Assembly: GCA_000442015.1 (NCBI GenBank)
Contig: KE560959.1
Location: forward strand, 245,097-265,096
Source: Rozella allomycis CSF55
Lineage: Eukaryota
DNA: 20,000 nt
Direction of reading: 5' to 3'
The number at the start of each line of letters is the position of its first letter. Within the stretch, counting starts at the first letter, position 1. Shown piece after piece: positions 11,021 through 19,848 of the stretch. A program made the position numbers and the translations under genes. The notes below the pieces were generated by a model. The model saw nothing but the letters and a program-made list of their open reading frames with translations, was not told the DNA's origin and searched no databases.

Positions 11021-12043
11021 TTATTTTAAAGTCTTCCAATTCTCCAATCTAATTGCTGCTTGGTGATAAGTGAGCCTTTCTTTGTAAAACTCACTCAAGA
11101 AATTTTCGTGGCCCATGCTACCCTGTAAAAATCCTCTCGATATTTCATCTGATTTTGTTTCCGCTTCGTTAAAAGTCGTTTTTAACTTGGCCATTATGTT
11201 AGCGTCAGACATTGACTAAAAATTTAACACCCAAATGCTACTAATAATATCTTTTGGTATTCAACCGTTAGTGGTTTTATTCGCTCTTGTAAATCTTCAA
11301 AGGTTTTCTGCATTTCCCCTATTTCTTTCCTCAAAGTCATTATTTCTGCCTCTAAATCCAAATTCTTCTCTAAAAACTTGTATAAGACAATAATCTTACT
11401 ACATAAATTTATATTTGAAGACTTAAGATCATTTATAGATTGTTGGCGATTTTTCACACACGTGCATCCATGAAAAAATGCCACAAGTTTTTCTTCGTCA
11501 TCTAAGAGATCCTGAATTTCTGACACTCTGTTTACAGAGCATTAAAATGTTACTTTAACGTGTTCAATTCTAGGAAATCGTCCTTGACTGTTGATTTATT
11601 TGTCCTTGTTTAGATATCTACGTCAATTTACATGAAACCTGGCGGGTTAATTTGAAACTCCAATGTTATGTCTTTGATAATCTGACCAAGTAGATAATTT
11701 CCATCCCAATTTTTTATCTTATCGTGGCCCGTAATACACTTTCACAATATTAAGACTTCATTACCATGGAAGATGAAACCCACGCGTGACGTGTTGGAGG
11801 GGATATACTTATGATTGGAGGTTTTTCAGGAAAATCAGGCGATAAAGTTCTTGGTAAATTGTATACAAAGTGTGTACATTGACAATAGAAAACCACCAGT
11901 CGTTACTTCATATCGAGAATCTTTCTCTACTTCTTTGGCATTTAAATTTAACGCAAAAAGTGAAGTTATATGATTTTTTTTCCTAATTATTGCATATTTT
12001 GAAACAAAACTTACTGGTCGACTGGCAATCTAGGTGACCACAT
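11021..12043 (-). CDS. VPS37A: ESCRT-I subunit VPS37, VPS37A-type (N-terminal UEV-like domain plus C-terminal Mod(r) domain); about 6 tiny introns
   Basis: Spliced N-terminus EVEKDSRYEV...TLSPDFPEKPPIISISPPTRHAWV...LLGQIIKDITLEFQINPP; C-terminus AETKSDEISRGFLQGSMGHENFLSEFYKERLTYH typical of Mod(r). Confidence 0.85.
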
Positions 12044-12062
12044 TTTTCTGAAAATTCAGTAC
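12044..12062. promoter_or_regulatory. Minimal divergent spacer with CTGAAAATTCAG quasi-palindrome (candidate bidirectional initiator)
   Basis: Only 19 nt between the VPS37 and CCDC124 start codons; contains the GAAAATTC motif seen upstream of many other ATGs here. Confidence 0.5.
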
Positions 12063-12722
12063 ATGCCCAAAAAGTTCACAGGCTCTAATACCAAAGTTGA
12101 AGCAGCTAAAAGCAAAAAAGAAAGGGTAAAAGAGGCTAAAGACGCAGCAGAAGAAGCCAGAAAAGCAGAGATTGAAGCAAAGAGCTGGGACGATCCTGTC
12201 ACAAAGAAGCTACATTCCAAAAAGGATTTAGAAGAAGCCAAGCGGGTATTATTTTGTTTTTTTGATTTGATATAGCTTGAAAAACTAAGAAGAAAAGAAG
12301 AAAACAAGGTTTTATTACAAGATGAAGAAAGCTCACTCCCTACTAGAAAAACTCAAAAGTTCACACCGCCTAAATTAGAATCTTTTGGCGCCCAATCCAT
12401 AGATGACGCAATCACACTGCTTTCAGCGGTCACTCAATCGACTAAAGTAGGTGCTGACAACATTGAAAAGCATCCTGAGAGGCGAGTTAAGGCTGCATTT
12501 GCTTTGTATGAAGAAAGAGAATTGCCAAAATTAAAGAAAGAATTCCCGGGATTAAGATTGAGTCAATTGAAACAGATTTTACAAAAACAGTGGCAAAAGG
12601 CACCAGAGAATCCATTCAACCAAGTACATGTCGCAGTCAATGCGACAAAAGAGCAAAAACAAGATGCGGCTGAGCAGATAAAGTTGTCGGAGCTAGATAG
12701 ACTTCGTTTAAATAACCAATAA
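12063..12722 (+). CDS. CCDC124: CCDC124/Lso2 ribosome hibernation factor (DUF1014); one intron near 12246-12275
   Basis: MPKKFTGSNTKVEAAK...SIDDAITLL...IEKHPERRVKAAFALYEERELPKLKKEFPGLRLSQLKQILQKQWQKAPENPFNQ. Confidence 0.95.
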
Positions 12723-12738
12723 AACCTTTGTGGTAAAT

Positions 12739-13781
12739 TTATTCGCCGAAAATTAAACTTTGACTTGCATTCGTTGTATCCCGTTGAAAGTGATTATTCA
12801 TCTGAAATTGATTGAAAAGAGTGAAAAGTAGGTGAAGGGATTCTATTGGCGAATTCAAATAAGGAATGTCGACTACTGCCAGGCAGAGAGAGACGTATTG
12901 ATCCAACTGGATTGGTAAATCCCTAATAACGGGAACTCGATTCATTTCAAAGTAACTTTCAACACTATCGTGCCATTCCTGCATTAAATATTCTAAATCG
13001 GGCAAAGAATGCGTGTATAGAAATTTAGGGCCAGATAATTCTCGGCGAATTTTTTCAACATCCATAATCCATTGTCTTATACCTCATATAAATAAGCCTG
13101 CTAATTTTTACAGCCTTCTTTGGAGTCAGAATCCCCAACCCTTTTTGAAGCCATAGTTGATACGTTGGAATTTTTGGTTATCACTTTGAGCTTTAACGAT
13201 AATACATAAATATACTTTGAATATCATTTACTAGCCGGGTCGGACTGCTGGCCACATGGCTCATCTAGAACTTCTAGACCCAATAAATCAGCTTTTTGGT
13301 CAGGTCGTGGGATCTTAAATAAAGTTAATTGTTTCTCCAACCTTCAAAAATGCGTCGTTATCTCCTGACGCTGCGATATAATCGGGGATGAAATATTTCA
13401 TAATAGGCTCCAGCGGAATATCTAATGCGGTAAAAGCGGATACCATGTCAAAAATATCATTCATTTTTAGGTCTATTTCGTTTTTCCTGCTATATTAAAA
13501 CGATGCGAGTCTCACTTGGTGTCATTCTCGTATTCTTTTTGCTTGTTGCGGTCCTACATTAAGTGCATACTGACTCTGTTACAAAATTAGTTTCAATTCT
13601 TGGTATTGTATGTGACTCATCCATGTCTGAAACATTTTCATCGGTAAAGTTATTTTGAACTATATCCCGGTCTGACATATGAAAAATTGGTATTGTTACG
13701 CATGAAGTCAAATCGCTCATCTTCTTGGTCTGAAATATCGAAAGTTTCATCGTAAGGGTGATCTTTTTGGTGGAATGACAT
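12739..13781 (-). CDS. IFT46: Intraflagellar transport protein IFT46 (IFT-B); six tiny introns
   Basis: MSFHQKDHPYDETFDI...FIPDYIAASGDNDAFLKIPRPDQKADLLGLEVLDEPCGQQSDPA...LPDLEYLMQEW...VDIP...IESLHLLFTLFNQFQMNNHF. Confidence 0.95.
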
Positions 13782-13847
13782 TATAGTATTCAGTAAATAA
13801 TAACAAAGTTCCAAAGGAAATTCTTATGCATATATATTTATATAAAA

Positions 13848-14638
13848 CTATGTTCTATATCCTTGAGCGTGATAGAATGAATTTTGTCGGTGCATTTGGT
13901 TATTTGAAGAAATCGTCAAAGAATTGGTCCTTTGAATATTACCAACGGTCATTTTTCTTAAATTAATGCATCTTCTTGAATTTTCCCGGCGTATATCGGA
14001 ACTTACATGCCTGTTAGGCACTTGAAAAGTTGGATCCGCTTCAGCTTTCCGAATCCCAAATCTAGTATCACACCGTTCGGAATTAATTGAACTTTGGGGA
14101 CTTGGGATTGGGTAATGGTATTGATTATGATGGGCATAGTGNGCCAACTTTTTCTCATCACTATTATAAAAAAAGCTATTAAGTACTAGAATTGATGTAT
14201 TCTTTGTTTCGCCTTTTGTAAAAGAATTTTTTGTTTTTGGATGACATCATCTTGGTGTTGAATCAATTCTGAATATTGTTGTTGTTGAAACTAACCCAAA
14301 TTTTTAAAACCAATACCTTCCACGAATTAATTAACTGCTTAAACACGTTGTCAAACGAATTAAACATAAGATTGAATTCTGGTGGAATCTAATTGCATTA
14401 TAGTTGATTCTAGTACGGGGCCTTGGATAAAAATGAATTGCGATGGATTTTTACAAATTGGACAATAGTCTAATATGATGGAATTTGATTTGTCTTTACT
14501 CGATCCAACCCAATTATTGGCGCATTTTGTGCAAAATAGATGATGACATTTTGACAAATAGAAAGGTACTTGAGATTTCATATTGTAGTCATGGAAGCTT
14601 ATAAAGATTTGCTGAAAGCATGAGCTACAATGGAACAT
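13848..14638 (-). CDS. RNF212/Zip3-family RING E3 ligase (meiotic crossover factor-like): RING, coiled coil, low-complexity tail; frame continues across N14142
   Basis: N-terminal FHCSSC...FYLSKCHHLFCTKC...CPICK RING, then IPPEFNLMF...WKFQQQQYSELI coiled coil after splicing, the zf-RING_5 architecture of RNF212/Zip3. Confidence 0.72.
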
Positions 14639-14800
14639 TGAAATTTCTTACCCAGCCACCAAAAATGTTATGTTAGTGATATGTCGACATGTAAATAATG
14701 ATATAAAAGCAAATTATCAGGAATGGCTTATAATCGCAACTATTTCTATCATTAGAGTTAATACGACAGTATTTTGAATTTTCAGAAAACCCTGGCCTTA

Positions 14801-16914
14801 ATGAGCAGATTTTTTGCGCAAGAGGATTATGATGCGTACACAAGTACCGGAAGTGAAGAGTCTTTTCATTATACAACGTCTGAGCCTGAGAAAGAGGAGG
14901 AAGAGCTGGTTGTCAATTATGAATACGAGTCTTCTGTAGAAGACGACGGGAAAAGAATTGTAAAGTCTCAAAAAGAAAAGAGAAAAGATGATATATTGGA
15001 CGCTATAAGAAATATGTACACGTCTGTGAATATGGACGATTGGATAAACGTGCAGAAAGGTAAATGAATTGCTTATTGAAAGAGTAGAGTATGATTACTT
15101 TATGAAGGTGTGGAGCAAATCTATTGTATTGTTTGGCAGAGTTGTGCCACTTTTTTTGACGAAAGCGCTTTTTGATTTACAAAGTTGGATATCTGATACT
15201 GATAACTTGATTAAGCAAGGGGAGCTTACTTTAGATGCATTGAATGCAAAAGCGTTTAATGTGTTAAAGCAAAAGTTGAAGAAAACGGAATTTGAGAAGG
15301 AAATTGAAAAATATAGACAAGTAAGAATATTTTGATTGCTGTGATAGAATCCGGTGAGGGTTCCAGAGTTGGATTCTGACTATGAAGATGAAGACGAGAG
15401 TGATAGTGGAGAGGACGATTATGTTGAAGTAGATAAAGTAGAAGAGGAGAATGAAATAACAGAGGCGAGTATCCCACAAATCCTCAATGAAATTATGAGC
15501 ATTAGAGGTAAAAAGAACACAGACAAGATCCAAATCTTTAAAACATTAGAAAAAATAAAGGATCTTGCACGTGATGTAAAGGAAAAAACCAAAATATTCT
15601 GCATGTTGATTACATCCATATTCGATGTCAATTTAAATGTGTCACAGCCCATGAATATTGAATTATGGAAAAAGTAAATTTAAGCAATAGATCTTCATTA
15701 GGGCTGAGAATTATACGAAAGAATTTCTCGGATTTTTATCCGAAAACCCGGATGTAGAGATAGAAGAGTATTCTTTGAGTGGGACAATGTTGTCAATTGT
15801 TCACAGATTAGATGAAGAATTGAAGAAACATTTCTTGTCCATTGAAGGCTTGAACACGGAATACGTGGAAAGACTAAAGGATGAGGTTTGTCTCTACAAG
15901 ATTATTTTGGCTGTTCAAAGATATTTTAGAGAAAAGAAAGATGTAGAAAGTGAATGCCTTGTGATATTACAAAGATTGGAGCACCTTTATTACAAAACAG
16001 CCAATGTTCTAGACCACCCAGAGTCTGATGACAAAAGTGACATTGTGGAAAAACTTGTAAACTACATTTTAGAAAATGCCAATGAAAAAATGAAAGTCAA
16101 GGCTCTTTTATTCTATTCCTTCCATTTGGCGACGTTTGGCTTCTTTGACAAGGCTAAACATCTCTTCCTGGTACTAAATCTGAGCGATTCTATAAACACT
16201 TTTGACATTTCCACCCAGGTCCTTTATAATAGAACCCTGGTCAAAATTGGCTTACTTGCATTTTCTCTGGGAAATTTCAATGATTGCTATGTAGCCCTTG
16301 GTGATCTACTTTCCACGAGCAGACAACGTGAATTGCTGTCGCAATACTACAAGTCTGATGATAGAAACTCAAAATCAATCCCTCCTCATTGTCAACTCGA
16401 CATGGAATTGATCGAAACTGCGTATCTTACTTGTGCCATGTTGCTAGAGGTGTCTTCTGATAAGAAACCTTCAAATCGCTCAATTAAAAGGATCATGGAA
16501 TTTTATGAAAAAAACACTCTCTCTAGTCCCCCTGAACAAATGAGAGATTTCGTCATCGCTGCCGCAATCGCTCTCTCAAAAGGCGATTGGAGAAAGTGCA
16601 CATTTTATATAAACTCTTTACCTATCTGGAATTGTGTATCGTTAAATAAATCTATTCTCAACGAGCGCATCAAAGTTGAAGCATTGAAATGCTACGTGCA
16701 AAGAAACTCTGCAAACTATTCATCATTGTCATTAAATCATCTGGCAACTTACTTTGCTCTTTCCAATCAAGAAATATCATCCATAATAACGGATTCAATC
16801 TCTAGTAAATGCGTTAACTCTTCATTGGCTGGTGATTACATAAATTTCGATATCGGGACTGATCAAGCATCTGAATTGTCTCAAGTAATTAAGAAAATCG
16901 TCAAATCCATTTAA
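14801..16914 (+). CDS. EIF3C: Translation initiation factor eIF3 subunit c (Nip1), about 676 aa; introns 15060-15087, 15321-15347, 15674-15701
   Basis: Signature MSRFF start, RIVKSQKEKR, NAKAFNVLKQKLKK, SIRGKKNTD, RLDEE...EYVERLKDE, TQVLYNRTLVKIGLLAF, PPHCQLDMELIE, PCI-like C-terminus. Confidence 0.95.
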
Positions 16915-16990
16915 TAAATTATCCTCTTAAATATATATAATTTACATGTTCCAGTATAATTACAAATACTTAAACAATATTTATTTTGTG

Positions 16991-17491
16991 TCAGTAAAAA
17001 TTTTGATAAACAAAAACAATAATAAATAGCAACAATCCAAGACACATGTATACATTCTCATCGAGAAAATGCATCTTCTCATCTTGTATTTTTCGACCTC
17101 GACCAACAAATACTCCTCTTTGCCCAGCCAAAGAGAGCAATTTATTTTTTACTTCCTGGATTTTTGCGCCAATAACCTCATCTACTAGTTTGCCATTTTT
17201 ATAGAATTGTATTGTGGGCATTGCTCTCACGTTACATTCAGCAGAAATAGTCTGCGTCAAAATAGTTATATCAATACCGGTAATTTGTCTGTGTCTACTT
17301 TTATAAAGTTCACATTTTTGTATTCATCTGACAATTTTTCAAACTCTGGTGCTATTGCTTTACATGGACTGTTACAGTAAAAAACTAAGCGCATACCCGC
17401 ACCAAGTTGCAAAAAAATCCACAACTGTTAAATTATTCCTATATAAATAGTCCTTGAAACTTCTTTCAGATATAACTTCAACGACAGGCAT
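16991..17491 (-). CDS. Thioredoxin (WCGPC) with C-terminal extension: SHP-box-like motif and terminal transmembrane helix, about 148 aa; two tiny introns
   Basis: MPVVEV...[25 protein letters not shown]...FIKVD...[17 protein letters not shown], followed by FVGRGRKI and [16 protein letters not shown]. The active-site glycine codon is split by a 28-nt intron. Confidence 0.9.
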
Positions 17492-17513
17492 CAGGCACAA
17501 GCCACAAAAAAAT

Positions 17514-18799
17514 ATGGAAGACCAACTAGTTACACCATGGGAAGTTAAGGGCGCTGTAGTTGACGGAGAAGCTCAAGGTATAGATTACGAAAAACTAATA
17601 CGTCAATTTGGAGCAAGCAGAATTGACGAAAAGCTTTTACAGCGCTGGGAGAAAGTGACTGGAAAACCACCTCATCATTTCTTAAAAAGAGGTATTTTCT
17701 TTTCTCATAGAGATATTGAAATGATTTTGGAGAGGCATGAAAAGAAATTGCCGTTCTATTTGTACACCGGAAGGGGTCCTAGCTCTGAAAGCATGCACCT
17801 TGGTCACATGATCCCATTTATGTTTTGCAAATATCTTCAAGATATATTTGATTGTTATCTTGTTATTCAAATGACAGGTACGAGCTTTATTATGACCCTG
17901 TATTAAGACGATGAAAAGTTTTTGTGGAAGAATATCACGCTCGAACAAGCTCACAATTTCTGTTATGAAAATGCCAAAGACATTATTTCAGTAGGATTTA
18001 ATCCAGAAAAAACGTTTATTTTCTCCAATTTAAACTATATGGGATTTATGTACGATACCATCTTGAAAATTGAAAAAATGATTACGTACAATCAAGCCAA
18101 AGCTGCGTTTGGATTTTCGGAATCGTAAATCTTGAACTTTTTTGATAGTAGTGACGCTATAGGAAAAGTATCCTTTCCTGCAATTCAAGCTGCCCCCAGT
18201 TTTTCATCGTCATTCAAACATATCTTTAAGGGTAGCACTAATATACCCTGTCTAATTCCTTGTGCGATTGATCAGGTAGTCTTTAAAAAAATGTTATAAA
18301 GGATCCATACTTTCGTATCACTAGAGATGTCGCACCTCGTCTCAAATATTGCAAACCAGCATTGATACATGCGATGTTTTTTCCAGCATTACAAGGTCCT
18401 TCATCAAAAATGAGCGCCAGTGATGAAAACTCGGCCATTTTCATGACTGATTCAATGGCGCAAATCAAAAAGAAAATAAACAAATATGCCTATTCAGGCG
18501 GGCAGGCCACGGTGGATTTGCATCGACAACTTGGTGGGAATCCAGAAGTAGATGTTGCATTTCAGTACCTTAAATTTTTTCTGGAAGATGATGAAGCTTT
18601 AAAAGGAATAGAAGAAGGCTACAAGCAGGGTATTATTCTGTCTGGTGAAATGAAGGCCAAATGCATCGAGATAGTGCAAGCTTTTGTTGAAAAATTCAAA
18701 AAAGCTAGAGATGCAGTTACCGATGAAGATGTTTTGAAATTCATGAAACTCCCTGTATTTGATCCGTTGTCCCGATTTAAAGTGCCAAATAAACATTAG
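17514..18799 (+). CDS. WARS1: Cytosolic tryptophanyl-tRNA synthetase; three tiny introns
   Basis: [28 protein letters not shown] (HIGH), [18 protein letters not shown] (KMSKS), INKYAYSGG. Confidence 0.97.
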
Positions 18800-18957
18800 C
18801 TTTAATTTAATATTTCATAAGTTTTATTCCTTAGTTCGCATTTATTTTAGCCTTTAGGGTTAATAATTAATAATATACTTCACCGATATTTGTTTGAAAG
18901 TTACAAATAACCATTATTGTTTCCCTAAAATTTCCTAATTCTCATTTAGAAATTTCT

Positions 18958-19848
18958 ATGGATAATTTCACCCCATCTAAACTAAAAGTGGTGCAGTTGA
19001 GAGAAGAACTATCTTCTCGTGGTCTTTCCCCAAAAGGTCTGAAAAAAGATTTAGTAGAAAGGCTTGAGGCGGCATTAAAAAGCGAGAATTTACAAGAGTT
19101 ACCAAACTCGCCGTCAAAACTTGCAAAGAAAAGAAAAATTGGATCAAATTTAACAGAAGATATTACTGAAGAACTTTTGCCCAGCTTTGAACAAGGTGAA
19201 AACCCTGCAATGGACTTCAAATTGAAAAAAGGTATTTACGATGAACAAAAAGATGACACTAATGATGCTAATCATTTACAAGCTATTAAAGATGAAGAGA
19301 TAATTGATCCCAAAACCGAAAACGGTAATTCTGAAGTACTCGGTATGTTTGATTATATTCCTTTTCTAGTGTTCAATGAACAAGACCGCATGGAAGAAAA
19401 CTCTAACAAAATTTTAACAGGTGAAGGACCGTGTTGCATTGGAATTCAAAATCTAGTAAGGCCATTTCGGACTGAAACGCTGAGACAAGAATTAGGAAGG
19501 TTTGGCGAGATAACAAAATTCTGGATTGACGGAATTAAATCACGATGCTTATTATCATTCAAGTCGGCTAACTCGGCGAGAGAAGCAATGGAAAATTTAA
19601 ATGGGTTAACGTGGCCACCTGAAACAGGGAAGGCACTTTTGGTAAATTTTGTCGCTGATGAAGAACTTGATTCAAAAATTGAAAGTAAAGGGGCTCTTGA
19701 GAATAAGCAGTTGAATAAGGAGGAAGAGATTACCGTTGAATCAGGTACATTTATTTTGTCAGCCTCACCAGTGAATTCACTTGACCAAATTTTCATGAAA
19801 ACTAGTACTCGGCCACATCTGTATTACAAAACAGCTATAAGTACCTAA
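18958..19848 (+). CDS. ACIN1: Acinus-like protein (SAP domain, RRM, RSB motif; ASAP complex); probable 27-nt in-frame intron 19343-19369
   Basis: SAP LKVVQLREELSSRGLSPKGLKKDLVERL; RRM IQNLVRPF..L...FWIDGIKSRC...LNGLTWP..GK.L.V.F; RSB-like LDQIFMKTSTRPHLYY. Confidence 0.85.
   Translation: MDNFTPSKLKVVQLREELSSRGLSPKGLKKDLVERLEAALKSENLQELPNSPSKLAKKRKIGSNLTEDITEELLPSFEQGENPAMDFKLKKGIYDEQKDDTNDANHLQAIKDEEIIDPKTENGNSEVLGMFDYIPFLVFNEQDRMEENSNKILTGEGPCCIGIQNLVRPFRTETLRQELGRFGEITKFWIDGIKSRCLLSFKSANSAREAMENLNGLTWPPETGKALLVNFVADEELDSKIESKGALENKQLNKEEEITVESGTFILSASPVNSLDQIFMKTSTRPHLYYKTAIST

Noticed and set aside
13559..13750. IFT46 start at the ATG at 13750 or 13678, or a snoRNA at 13690-13790
   Set aside because: An upstream exon from ATG 13781 encodes the IFT46-like HPYDETFDI motif and splices in frame via a 28-nt intron that contains the 13678 ATG.
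14142..14142. Third N as another chimeric junction
   Set aside because: The RING-gene frame continues through it (GCN, Ala) with no duplicated flank; it cannot be distinguished from a single ambiguous base.
680..19796. Antisense or off-frame ORFs in the track (e.g. 680-1027, 1537-1734, 2987-3193, 6413-6637, 12056-12307, 15256-15652, 17682-17954, 18942-19220, 19446-19796)
   Set aside because: They are shadows of recognisable genes on the opposite strand or frame, with no family motifs.
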